A stretch of DNA of 64,000 bases from a virus (taxonomy: Duplodnaviria > Heunggongvirae > Uroviricota > Caudoviricetes): the IMG/VR virus record IMGVR_UViG_3300017650_000009. One strand, given 5' to 3'. This document shows positions 1 to 9,500 of the stretch, piece by piece. Under the pieces are notes generated by a model. The model ran no database searches. It was not told the DNA's origin and was given only the letters and a program-made list of their open reading frames with translations. Every line of letters starts with the position of its first letter. Position 1 is the stretch's first letter. A program made the translations under genes and the position numbers.

Positions 1-150
1 AATGCACCGAACTTCTCAACGTTAACCTGTACCGACATTTTCGATCTCCTTGTTGTGCAAGTGTTTTGCTTGCTTCCATGCTCTCAACATAGCATATTCA
101 GGAAGAACGTCAACCAGAAAAATCAGAAATAGGAAATCTTTTTTCCTATT

Positions 151-792
151 TTAGACCTTTAGTTTTTTATCAGCAATACCCTGACGTATCAACATCGCTT
201 TGTTGGTGTCGCTGAACCGTATATCACTATAAATCCAGCCCTTATCAACGAAACTCAAACCAAAAGTCAACATAAGACTTACAAGATCATCATACCCATT
301 TAGAGAATCTAATCCGTGAATAAGGACGCGATCCATAAATGTGAGTACACGATCACGAAACGGAATGTAGACGCCACTTTGGTTTTCTGGTGGAATCTCA
401 GCACAAAGTTTATCCAAAGCCTGATGAGCTTCAGTAATAGCAGCAAGCCGATTGCGTTCTTGAATCATCTTCCGATCGGCTTCTTTATTTTCACGAATAT
501 ATTTGAATATCCCGCTAGTACGTTTCGCAATACCTTCATTGGATGAAAGCTTTGCTATGGAAAGCACCCGCTTTAGTGAGCTCTCAATATTGTCGAATTC
601 GTCATCATTGGAACTTGCAAGTTCCATGAATATGGCATGAACATCAACCACTTGCATCCCAGTGAGTTTAGCCATTTTATATGACAGCTCACTAATATTA
701 GCATCATTCGTTCGAATAGCTTCAGATTCAAGTTGTGCATCTGTGCGAGCGGAAAATCCTGCTCCGAAACTTTTAAAACTTGCATATGACAC
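151..792 (-). CDS. hypothetical protein (helical/coiled-coil)
   Basis: 213-aa ORF, abuts the upstream gene (TAATG-type junction at 792) in a minus-strand run. Confidence 0.75.
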   Translation of the reverse strand: MSYASFKSFGAGFSARTDAQLESEAIRTNDANISELSYKMAKLTGMQVVDVHAIFMELASSNDDEFDNIESSLKRVLSIAKLSSNEGIAKRTSGIFKYIRENKEADRKMIQERNRLAAITEAHQALDKLCAEIPPENQSGVYIPFRDRVLTFMDRVLIHGLDSLNGYDDLVSLMLTFGLSFVDKGWIYSDIRFSDTNKAMLIRQGIADKKLKV

Positions 793-1394
793 TAAAATAT
801 TTCCTTCCGTAATGCTTCGATGTCTACGAATTCAGTCGAGGCAATTGTAAGACGTGCTTTCAACGCTTGATCTTTATTGTAAAACCCGAAGACCCCCTGA
901 TACTCACGGAACGTTCGCGTTTTAATACCGAGTTGTCGGATACCATCACGCGCAATCTTGATAGTTTCGGAATACGGTTGTCCCTTAGTCATTTCCAAAC
1001 GCATAACATAGTTGATGTCATTTGCAAAGCCCTTATTAGTGGCTTGTTCCCAAAAATGACTTAGGTTATAACTTTCCTCACGAAGCCGTGCTGCAAGAAC
1101 GAGATTGCGAAGAGTATCCTCAAGCTTATCTTGATTGCCCACGTTATACGTGATTGTAACTTCTTGTATGTCCAAGTTATATTTGATATTTTTCGATTTG
1201 AAATCTGTATTGGTTTTACTATACCAACGCCAATTTGAACCATACAACTGTAGATTTACATATCGTGCCAAAACACGACGTGCACTGGATTTTGTGACAA
1301 ATTCTTTGGCATCTGCTTCGGAAACTAGTTTTCCATTACTTCCCAAGTATTGCTTTGAATCATTATCAAAAATACGATATACAGTACGTTTCAT
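792..1394 (-). CDS. hypothetical protein, paralog of 14967..15512
   Basis: 200-aa ORF with GGAG RBS; C-terminal GFYNKDQALKARL motif. Confidence 0.8.
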   Translation of the reverse strand: MKRTVYRIFDNDSKQYLGSNGKLVSEADAKEFVTKSSARRVLARYVNLQLYGSNWRWYSKTNTDFKSKNIKYNLDIQEVTITYNVGNQDKLEDTLRNLVLAARLREESYNLSHFWEQATNKGFANDINYVMRLEMTKGQPYSETIKIARDGIRQLGIKTRTFREYQGVFGFYNKDQALKARLTIASTEFVDIEALRKEIF

Positions 1395-1450
1395 TATTTG
1401 CTCCTTAATTCGTTCACAATTAGCATGTGGAGCAAAGCGTTATCAATATA

Positions 1451-1870
1451 TTAATGCGCTAGTTTCCAGAAAGTCATAGCCGCAACCAGTTTATCCATCG
1501 ATCCTTTTAGATCGTAATGGACGAAAGAGGATGTATATTCATATGTAAGAGACGATGTTGTTGAACGGGTTATGTCAATTTGAATGACGGCCCGGAGTAA
1601 AACCCCGGGATACGATAAATCAAAAAAGAACAGATTCGCATTACTATGCGAGTTATTCCACACTTCAAATAGCTCGGGTATTGTTTTGGATATTGCAACA
1701 GTCGGCACATGTAATTGTAGGAGATCATCATATTGGTATGTTGTCCACCCATATTTGCGTGTGCCTTTATCCTTCACATTGTATGAGAATTGTGGAAAGC
1801 CGCCATCAAGACGTAGAGTTTTTACAAGAAACTCTAATATCGTCTCTTTGGGGTTAGAAATCATATCCAT
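1451..1870 (-). CDS. hypothetical protein
   Basis: 139-aa ORF with GAGG RBS, overlaps the neighbouring gene. Confidence 0.7.
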   Translation of the reverse strand: MDMISNPKETILEFLVKTLRLDGGFPQFSYNVKDKGTRKYGWTTYQYDDLLQLHVPTVAISKTIPELFEVWNNSHSNANLFFFDLSYPGVLLRAVIQIDITRSTTSSLTYEYTSSFVHYDLKGSMDKLVAAMTFWKLAH

Positions 1871-2750
1871 CCTCTCCGTTTCGTATTCTCTCTTCTATAA
1901 CATTTTTAGTATATTTTTCCAAATCGTCAAGAAGCTTTTGTTCAAATTCATCGGAGAAGGTCTTCATGATCTGATAACTCATATTATCAGTATCAATACC
2001 GGCAATGCGGGCCATTTTACCAAATAAGCCACGTCGTGCATCTTGTTCTTTTGCCCAGTGGGCTTGCGCAATCTCTTGCATTTGCTGTTTTGACCATTCC
2101 GTATGCAGCTCAAATGTTTCCTGCATAATATCCACACGCATATCATCGTTGATAGTGCGAACAATATCAATCTGATGGTCAATATCGGAACCGCCAATTT
2201 TATTGCGAATAGCCTGCTCAAGCAAATCGCCCCAAACAGAACTGATTCCGTTTGTTCGAGAATAAACTAGCTTATCCAATAACTCATTGAATTGCTTATT
2301 GAAATCAAATTTTAGCAAGTTGAGCTTTTCATTTCGCTCTTTAACTTTCTGATTATAATCGTCCTCGGCTTCTTTCAACGCGATTTCATGCTGGGCCATG
2401 AGCTTTTCATAATTGTTGATTTTCTTTTGCTCTAAATCGAGTAGAACTCCCGTTTTCTCATCGTTCGCCAGCTTGATATACATGAACATATCACGTAGAT
2501 ATTTCTGTACGGTTGGATCCCCTGCATACTCTGTTACGGCGGTAAACAAATACGCAGGGATCAAATTCGGACTTATATCCAATTCCTCTGCTACGAGTTC
2601 ACAAGTACGAGAGTTGACTTGAATTGTCGATTTGGGATATTCGGGCGTATAGTGTTGGCGCTTACTAATCCGTCGTTCACTCAAATTGTGAAAATCCGTA
2701 GTTATGGAAACCAATGATTTGAGATCAGCAAAACAAATTTTATTCATCAA
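1854..2750 (-). CDS. hypothetical coiled-coil protein
   Basis: 298-aa ORF, 4-nt overlap with the upstream gene. Confidence 0.8.
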   Translation of the reverse strand: MMNKICFADLKSLVSITTDFHNLSERRISKRQHYTPEYPKSTIQVNSRTCELVAEELDISPNLIPAYLFTAVTEYAGDPTVQKYLRDMFMYIKLANDEKTGVLLDLEQKKINNYEKLMAQHEIALKEAEDDYNQKVKERNEKLNLLKFDFNKQFNELLDKLVYSRTNGISSVWGDLLEQAIRNKIGGSDIDHQIDIVRTINDDMRVDIMQETFELHTEWSKQQMQEIAQAHWAKEQDARRGLFGKMARIAGIDTDNMSYQIMKTFSDEFEQKLLDDLEKYTKNVIEERIRNGEDGYDF

Positions 2751-3760
2751 TATTCCTCGTCGATGGTATCCAAATCATGAATAGTTTCAAAACCCTGAGC
2801 ACCTGATTTATGAAGTGCCTTAATATACAGGCGTGCTTCATGTCGAATTGAGGATTCGACAATTTCTGCTTCTCGCATAATACTTGCATATGATTCTTTA
2901 TGCCGTCTATAAGTCTCAAAATCATCAATCCGCATATCGAAATCACCATCTGCTAGAAATGTGAATTCACCCGTTCTATCATAGAACATTTCGTCTAGTT
3001 CTGCAAATCGTTTTTTGTACCGAGATAACTTCCGAAGTTTTTCACATTGAGAATCGAAGATTTGCATAATATAATTTTTATGTTCGACCACAATAAGATC
3101 CATTATACTGTGACAACGACGTAGAACATTGTTATCATATGATGATTGAATTTCCTCAGATAACTTAATGCTTTCTAGCTCTGTAATCAAGGCAACTGGA
3201 TTTGTGGCTTTGACCATATCATTTCGACGTAACACTTGAAGACCAAGTTTGGACCAAATATTTTTATCAACTTGATTATCCCTTACATCATCGATAATTG
3301 AATCGATGATCGGGTTCCACAATTTCGCAATTTCAACTTGATGCTCACAAAGCTTCTGATTGTGCTCTGAAACCCTTTTGATATATTCTAGATTTGCCCG
3401 TTCATTTTCCAACTGAATCTGGATATTTCGTTTTTCGATTTTACGAATTATTTCCTTTTGTTCGGTGACTGGAGCGATTTCGTCATCGTCGAGAACCATT
3501 TTTGCCATTACAAGCAATTTGGTTACTTGATCCTTAATCATTGGGTTTTCACTCGTAAGGATCACATCAAATAGTTTTTCCGTAACGGATGGGTTGTCCG
3601 TGATGCCCAAACGACTGTTGAGCATCTCAAATACGTGGGATGAGCAAGTTGGAACGGACTGTGGAATTAATGATTTTGGCCGCGATGGTGTTTTATCAAA
3701 GGCAGACAAAAACCATTTAATCTTACTAGAATTCGTTGTCAGGCGTTCATATGGATTCAT
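2747..3760 (-). CDS. hypothetical coiled-coil protein
   Basis: 337-aa ORF with GGAG RBS and an upstream TTGACA promoter. Confidence 0.8.
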   Translation of the reverse strand: MNPYERLTTNSSKIKWFLSAFDKTPSRPKSLIPQSVPTCSSHVFEMLNSRLGITDNPSVTEKLFDVILTSENPMIKDQVTKLLVMAKMVLDDDEIAPVTEQKEIIRKIEKRNIQIQLENERANLEYIKRVSEHNQKLCEHQVEIAKLWNPIIDSIIDDVRDNQVDKNIWSKLGLQVLRRNDMVKATNPVALITELESIKLSEEIQSSYDNNVLRRCHSIMDLIVVEHKNYIMQIFDSQCEKLRKLSRYKKRFAELDEMFYDRTGEFTFLADGDFDMRIDDFETYRRHKESYASIMREAEIVESSIRHEARLYIKALHKSGAQGFETIHDLDTIDEEY

Positions 3761-3779
3761 AGCTCACTCCTTTATACTG

Positions 3780-3807
3780 GATATAACATAGCATGTCCAG
3801 ATGTCAA
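3780..3807 (-). promoter_or_regulatory. sigma70-type early/middle promoter
   Basis: TTGACA-N16-TATATC with TG extension on the minus strand, upstream of 3760. Confidence 0.55.
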
Positions 3808-3816
3808 CATCACTGA

Positions 3817-3822
3817 TAAATA
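3817..3822 (+). promoter_or_regulatory. T4-like late promoter core TAAATA
   Basis: 25 nt upstream of the fibre gene; the motif recurs before most structural genes. Confidence 0.55.
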
Positions 3823-3846
3823 AAGCATATTGCAAAGGAGGCTTCA

Positions 3847-5265
3847 ATGGCAAAACAAGTTCAATATCGTAAAGGTACACTAGCAGAGACTAATGCCTTT
3901 ACTGGTGCAGACGGTGAAATGACTGTCGACACAACACGCCACGTTGTCGTTATTCATGATGGAACAACTGCTGGCGGCTTTCCGATGGCTCGCCAAGACC
4001 TCTTGAATGCGCGTATTTTTACTGGTGCAACCGAATCCGAAAGTTCGCTAACAGGGATTGTTCCCATTGCAACATCTGCAGATCGAGACAAAGTATTGGG
4101 TGGTGATGGAACGTGGAAAAGCCTTCTTGACGGTCCAATTGGACCCGATGGGAAATCCGCATATGAAGTGGCAGTTGATAATGGTTATATTGGCACTGAA
4201 GCTGAATGGCTGGTTTCTCTTAAAGGCGCAGATGGTGCTCCTGGCACTGACGGTGCCAAAGGCGACAAAGGCGACAAGGGAGACGATGGCTTGCCGGGTA
4301 CACCAGGAACAACTGGTAAGTCTGCTTATGAAGTTGCTGTTGATGATGGATTTGTCGGTGATGAAACTGCTTGGCTTGATTCACTTAAGGGTGAAAAGGG
4401 AGATCAAGGCGAGCCAGGAACCCCAGGCGAAAAAGGAGCAGATGGTCTCCCTGGAACAACATCTTGGGTGGAACTTACCGATCGTCCTACTTGGTTAACA
4501 ACTCCTGGATCTTTGGGCCAAGTATTGAAATCCACCGGATCCACTACTGATCCAGAATGGGGTGATATCGAAGTCACAGTGGCTTGGGCAAATATCACGG
4601 GTAAGCCAACATTTGCAACAGTAGCAACCACTGGTTCCTATGATGATCTCACAACCAAAGCCAATGCTTTGTTAAATGATAATAATGGTGATCCTCTTGA
4701 AATCTCAGTTGCTGATGGTACTGTAAGTCTTTCAAGAAATAAAGGCATTGCAGGCGGATCTGAGATTACTATTAGTGATTTGGGAATAGATCTTAAAAGT
4801 GATCGATTGGTGATTGATGGTACAATAATCCAACTGAATAATCCACCAACAATTGGTGTTGATACAACATCATATACTTTGCCTGGAACTGCTGGTACTG
4901 CTGGATCGGTTTTAGTTATGGGAGACAATTCTAATGTCTCATGGAAAGCACCACAAGTTAATATCAAGACATATAATGATTCGACAACACTTGTTCTTTC
5001 TGATGCTGAATCGTATTTGCGTTTTACGAGTGCAAGTGCAAAGACTCTTACTATTCCTACAAATGATACTGTTGCATTTCCGATTGGAACTACAATCAGT
5101 GGTATATCAGTCGGTATAGGAATCCTTACATTTATTGCGGCTAGTGGCGTAACAATTAATACTCCTGAAACTTTATCAATGCGTGAAAAGGCTTTTGTTT
5201 CATTCGTAATAACTAAGGTTGGAACAAACGAATGGGATCTAGCTGGTGATTTGGAAGCTGCATAA
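3847..5265 (+). CDS. tail fibre protein with Mtd_N-like N-terminus and collagen-like G-X-Y repeats
   Basis: N-term QYRKGT..FTGADGEMTVDTT..VIHDG..GG; G-X-Y runs; two GKSAYEVAV..G..G.E..WL.SLKG modules; typical fibre C-terminus. Confidence 0.8.
   Translation: MAKQVQYRKGTLAETNAFTGADGEMTVDTTRHVVVIHDGTTAGGFPMARQDLLNARIFTGATESESSLTGIVPIATSADRDKVLGGDGTWKSLLDGPIGPDGKSAYEVAVDNGYIGTEAEWLVSLKGADGAPGTDGAKGDKGDKGDDGLPGTPGTTGKSAYEVAVDDGFVGDETAWLDSLKGEKGDQGEPGTPGEKGADGLPGTTSWVELTDRPTWLTTPGSLGQVLKSTGSTTDPEWGDIEVTVAWANITGKPTFATVATTGSYDDLTTKANALLNDNNGDPLEISVADGTVSLSRNKGIAGGSEITISDLGIDLKSDRLVIDGTIIQLNNPPTIGVDTTSYTLPGTAGTAGSVLVMGDNSNVSWKAPQVNIKTYNDSTTLVLSDAESYLRFTSASAKTLTIPTNDTVAFPIGTTISGISVGIGILTFIAASGVTINTPETLSMREKAFVSFVITKVGTNEWDLAGDLEAA
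4131..4455 (+). repeat. intragenic collagen-like repeat with duplicated GKSAYEVAV module
   Basis: two related copies near 4150 and 4315, separated by G-X-Y triplets. Confidence 0.8.
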
Positions 5266-5708
5266 TGAGAATATCTGTTGGTAACCTCAGACGAGGTATA
5301 GTCGTTAGTCGAATGAAAGGCCCACCCGCGCCTCTTCGATTTATAACCCCGCAAGGGAATGTTCAAAACATTTATACGGACGAACCCGTAATGTTTGAGT
5401 TTGAATACGTATCAGTAAATCCAGTTGAATCAATCACGATGAGTGGTACACTTCCGACTGGATTGTCATTCAGTGCTGATGGTGTAATATACGGAAAAGT
5501 TACCACACAAATTGATGAAGTATTGGACTTTCCATTTACTATTACTATTGTTGATTCCGAAAATAATTCAATTACTGGAAATTTTTCTGTCCAAGAACGA
5601 CCTACTGTTACTGAAATACAATGGCAAACACCTGAGGGAGAAATACTTGATTCAGGTGTAGGTGCGGTAATTTATGATATGTTGAAAGCAAAGAGTACCC
5701 TAGTATGA
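5265..5708 (+). CDS. putative Ig-like (He_PIG-type) virion protein
   Basis: GTLPTGLSFSADGVIYG...FPFTITIVDS motif. Confidence 0.75.
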   Translation: MRISVGNLRRGIVVSRMKGPPAPLRFITPQGNVQNIYTDEPVMFEFEYVSVNPVESITMSGTLPTGLSFSADGVIYGKVTTQIDEVLDFPFTITIVDSENNSITGNFSVQERPTVTEIQWQTPEGEILDSGVGAVIYDMLKAKSTLV

Positions 5709-6814
5709 GTAGAACAGTCACATATACATTACATGATGGTGAGCTACCATCTGGTTTGCGTTTGAATTCAGATGGATTGATTCGAGGTGAGATTGCATAT
5801 TCAAATGTTTTTCCTGCACCGACATGGGTAACCCCATCTGAAATGCTTGCTGATTATACGGAGCTTGAGACGATAATACCAATACAGTTGGAAGCCACAA
5901 TGCAAGTTGATGCTGAAGCACTTACATATAATCTAGTAGATGAATACCGATTGGATAAAGGATTACCTTGGGGACTACGACTTGATGGTGATACTGGTAT
6001 AATATCAGGAACTTTAGAATTATTAAAGACGCGTGAAGGAGCCACTTGGAATCCTGAGGAAACTCCTGAATGGGTAACCCCCGTTGGCTCAATAGCTAAT
6101 GTTGATGAACTAACATATCTTGATATACCACTGAAGGCTAACGCATACCAAACAAGAACTCTAGTATATTCTACAATACGTGGAGGAATGCCATGGGGCA
6201 TTACGTTAAATCCAACAACAGGGAATATTTCAGGAACAGTTGAACGTTTGTTGATCGGTGGTAATGTTCAATTTGAACCTAAGCCTACATGGTTAACAAA
6301 AGAAGGAATGTTGGGAAATGTAACTACTACTATGTCATTTAATAAACAGCTCGATGCATTTCCCAATTTGGGAAATTCACTTACTTTTTCATTAATTGGT
6401 GGTGGGTTACCTTGGGGATTAACATTAAGTTATAGTGGAAATATAACAGGTATATCATCTACCGATCCTAATGCTTTTGGCGTTATAGATGCTATTTCAA
6501 ATCCACCAAGATTTGAAAATCCAAATACTATATTCTTGTCTACAAGACAAGGGGAAGTTGTTGATTTCACAATTCCTGTAATATTATTCAACTCTAGAAC
6601 CATTGTAATGGTAGACATACTACCATATAAAAATAGTTTCGGAGCTTTGCCTTGGGGTTTGAGTATGGATAACAATGGAAAAATAACTGGTACTGTTGAT
6701 ATTAATGCATCAATTGGTATATATGATATACAAGTAATTGTGATCGACTCGGAACAAGCAAGAGCTAAACTAAATTTCAAAATCCAAATAGAGGGCCCAA
6801 ATGACAATTTTTAA
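5705..6814 (+). CDS. Ig-like repeat (He_PIG-type) virion protein
   Basis: five G(L/M)P(W/S)G(L/I).L...G.I.G repeats, most preceded by P.W.TP-like segments. Confidence 0.8.
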   Translation: MSRTVTYTLHDGELPSGLRLNSDGLIRGEIAYSNVFPAPTWVTPSEMLADYTELETIIPIQLEATMQVDAEALTYNLVDEYRLDKGLPWGLRLDGDTGIISGTLELLKTREGATWNPEETPEWVTPVGSIANVDELTYLDIPLKANAYQTRTLVYSTIRGGMPWGITLNPTTGNISGTVERLLIGGNVQFEPKPTWLTKEGMLGNVTTTMSFNKQLDAFPNLGNSLTFSLIGGGLPWGLTLSYSGNITGISSTDPNAFGVIDAISNPPRFENPNTIFLSTRQGEVVDFTIPVILFNSRTIVMVDILPYKNSFGALPWGLSMDNNGKITGTVDINASIGIYDIQVIVIDSEQARAKLNFKIQIEGPNDNF

Positions 6815-8030
6815 TTTTACAGTACGTGCAACAGATGATTTGGGTGCATTTTCTGACCGCAATTTTTCTATCAATGTACGAAATACAGTTGTTGAGCGTT
6901 TTGTTGCTTCAACAAATGAAGGACATCTTTTGACTAGCGTTGATGCTGTTAATTGGACATATAGACACAATCTTTTGACCACCCCGTCGTCGGTAACTGT
7001 CGCTTTTGGTAATGTAATAAATGGGAATGGATTTTGGCTTGTAACAAAATCTCAAAATACATATCTTTATAGTAAAGACGCAATTAATTGGGTTGAGTAT
7101 AGTTTTCCTGCTGGGTATTTTTTGGTTTCCTATACAAGTAATAAAAGTGAATTTGCATATGGTGATGGAAAGATTGCTATTTTGATGTCAAGTAGCGCCA
7201 CTACATCAAATAGTTCTGGTAACACAACAGTTGTTATGGCAACAACTGAGAATGGTATAGATTGGACACTAAGTAACCCCATCGGAACAAACTTGAATAA
7301 TGGTCGTTTCACTCGACTTGCTTATGGTGATGGAAGATGGATAACAAATCATTTTGGTATTGTTTCTGGTACATTGGGGCCTACAAATAAACCTATAGTT
7401 GGTTATACCACTACTAATAATGGAGAAACTTGGGCTCCGGTTTACACTTTCGGGTACGGAAATAATGATAACATACCTCGTACTTCTCCGATGTTCTTTA
7501 ATGGATTATGGTTAATGTTCCAAAGAACAACGGCGGCATCTTATTATCTTACTAGTAATGATGGTGTGGTATGGAATACCACACAGTATCCATCCAATTC
7601 AGCATTTCCATATATGTTTAATAGAATTTTATATGGAAATGGATTATTGGTTGCATACCCTGACGCCACTACTTCAGCGGGTAGTGCATTTGATATGGCC
7701 GTTTTTACAAGTACAAATGGAACAACCTGGGATAAAACAACATTAACTGAAGCAAATTCATTGCTTAATGGAACTGTTACTGGTACTGCATATTATAGTT
7801 TTGGTACAACAACCAGTACTCAGGGATATATCACCGGTGTATATCACAATGGTAAATATATTTTTGCTACACAATCTACTGTTACGGCAGTCGGAACCGC
7901 AGGTAATGAGAATTCTGGTGGCATGATTTCTAGTACCGATGGTATTAATTGGTCTAAAATTAATATTATGAATGCCGCAGGTACAAGCAGTAAGGTTAGT
8001 ATCCAAGGACTTGCAGCGCTTAGACAATAA
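6801..8030 (+). CDS. putative receptor-binding beta-propeller (Asp-box-like repeats)
   Basis: repeated S/T-x-D/N-G-x-x-W motifs (TSVDAVNW, YSKDAINW, TENGIDW, TNNGETW, SNDGVVW, STNGTTW, STDGINW). Confidence 0.7.
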   Translation: MTIFNFTVRATDDLGAFSDRNFSINVRNTVVERFVASTNEGHLLTSVDAVNWTYRHNLLTTPSSVTVAFGNVINGNGFWLVTKSQNTYLYSKDAINWVEYSFPAGYFLVSYTSNKSEFAYGDGKIAILMSSSATTSNSSGNTTVVMATTENGIDWTLSNPIGTNLNNGRFTRLAYGDGRWITNHFGIVSGTLGPTNKPIVGYTTTNNGETWAPVYTFGYGNNDNIPRTSPMFFNGLWLMFQRTTAASYYLTSNDGVVWNTTQYPSNSAFPYMFNRILYGNGLLVAYPDATTSAGSAFDMAVFTSTNGTTWDKTTLTEANSLLNGTVTGTAYYSFGTTTSTQGYITGVYHNGKYIFATQSTVTAVGTAGNENSGGMISSTDGINWSKINIMNAAGTSSKVSIQGLAALRQ

Positions 8031-8463
8031 GCGACTGCACCATAGGTAATAGATCGTCCCAGACTTTAAAGTCTGGGCGTTCTAGCCTTCCTTGCACAAG
8101 CACATCAAGACGGCGCTGATACTGTGGATGACATCCTACAACCAACCGCTTATCGGAAACCAAAAACTTACCAAACTCCAATAGAGTGATCGGGCAAAGG
8201 GTTTCCTTAGGGAACCAGAAGAGAATAGTTTCGGATCGTGCAAGATGGTCGTGTTCCCAGATGATTTGCTTTTCTGATTCAGCATCAGAGTCCTCCATGT
8301 TCCAACCGTTACGGCGAGGATTGAATACCTCATAGTCAGTATATTTGACCAGTAGCTCGGCTGTTGGCCCCTGCCAATCCGGGCAGTTGCTTATACCGCC
8401 GGCTAAGAATAGCGTTCCTTGAGTGCTTTTGGACTCTTCCGGTGATGTAATAAGCTTGCCCAT
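8020..8463 (-). CDS. nucleoside 2-deoxyribosyltransferase-like protein
   Basis: LFLAGGI...DWQ...VFNPRR...QIIWE..HL.....ILFWF......PITLLEFG signature. Confidence 0.75.
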   Translation of the reverse strand: MGKLITSPEESKSTQGTLFLAGGISNCPDWQGPTAELLVKYTDYEVFNPRRNGWNMEDSDAESEKQIIWEHDHLARSETILFWFPKETLCPITLLEFGKFLVSDKRLVVGCHPQYQRRLDVLVQGRLERPDFKVWDDLLPMVQSLIV

Positions 8464-8465
8464 GG

Positions 8466-8906
8466 TTACTCCAAAGCATGGATGAGTTTAACTAATTCAT
8501 CCATATAATTGTTGATAGATGATGTAGAAAAAAAGCTGAAACTAAAATCAGAAGTTTCATCTTGAAATTTAGAATGGTACCCATGCCCATTGATGAAAAT
8601 CTTATGCATGGGTTCTCGATCACCCGAGGAGTACGCCCATGATATCCTAATCGATCTTAGACTGAATTCCCGAATTTCTTGTATTTCGGAAAACATAAGA
8701 ATATCACTAAGTAAAGCACGAGTGATATGACCTTCCCGATCACTAAAGTTGATCTTTGATGGTTTATCAATATTACAACTTTGCAATCGGAAGCCAAACT
8801 CCCAAATACAAGTGTTATGATCAAAGAAACAAGATCGGTAGTCATCCGGTGAGACTAAATTCAAGCTCACCGGATAAACTGTAATTGGGAAAGTTATCGA
8901 GCCCAT
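8466..8906 (-). CDS. hypothetical protein
   Basis: 146-aa ORF translationally coupled to pncA. Confidence 0.65.
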   Translation of the reverse strand: MGSITFPITVYPVSLNLVSPDDYRSCFFDHNTCIWEFGFRLQSCNIDKPSKINFSDREGHITRALLSDILMFSEIQEIREFSLRSIRISWAYSSGDREPMHKIFINGHGYHSKFQDETSDFSFSFFSTSSINNYMDELVKLIHALE

Positions 8907-9484
8907 TATACGAGTTTCACATCCTTATCAGCGAAATCGTCGAGCACAACTTCATCAATCTGTCGAACAATGCCCGCAGTGAGATTGCGAACGATTTCGA
9001 CTTTGAAGCCACGCTCAATTAGACCATCGACAGCCCACTTGACGCAGAAATCAGCGGCAACACCCACAACCACAACAGTATCGACACCATCCTCTTTAAG
9101 TTGGTCGAAGAATGTATCACGTGGAGTATGTTCGAAGCCAACGATGTCGACATCATTTTCTTCCCACATATTGAAGACTTTTTTCTCCAATGTGTAGTAA
9201 ACTATTCCCGAACGAAGCAGATTTGGATTGATTACGTTTTCCCAACCCGGCGTATATTGTACGCAATGAATTGGAAACTGTTTCGACTCTTCGTATGTTT
9301 CGTAAGTGTCAGTCAGGTGTGTGTCGAAGGTAAACAGCGCACCCGCATATTCTTCAGGCGTCAAGCTGTATGCGAAATTGTTGAGATCGCCGATGATCTT
9401 TTCTGCACCAGCAACATACAGAGCGGCCGATGGAAGCATGAAATCAACCTGTGTATCGATGAAAATAGCGAACTTCTTTGCCAT
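8906..9484 (-). CDS. pncA: nicotinamidase (isochorismatase family)
   Basis: IDTQVDF, TFDTH, FPIHC, EKKVF, GVAADFCV catalytic/metal motifs. Confidence 0.9.
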   Translation of the reverse strand: MAKKFAIFIDTQVDFMLPSAALYVAGAEKIIGDLNNFAYSLTPEEYAGALFTFDTHLTDTYETYEESKQFPIHCVQYTPGWENVINPNLLRSGIVYYTLEKKVFNMWEENDVDIVGFEHTPRDTFFDQLKEDGVDTVVVVGVAADFCVKWAVDGLIERGFKVEIVRNLTAGIVRQIDEVVLDDFADKDVKLV

Positions 9485-9500
9485 AGTCTTTCTCCTTATT

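Noticed and set aside
3847-5265. Mtd_N-like domain suggesting a diversity-generating retroelement target
   Set aside because: There is no reverse transcriptase and no TR/VR repeat pair in the window; Mtd_N is a common fibre N-terminus.
8058-8077. Perfect 20-bp palindrome CCCAGACTTTAAAGTCTGGG
   Set aside because: It lies where the convergent fibre and NAD operons meet and is adequately explained as a terminator-like hairpin embedded in coding sequence.
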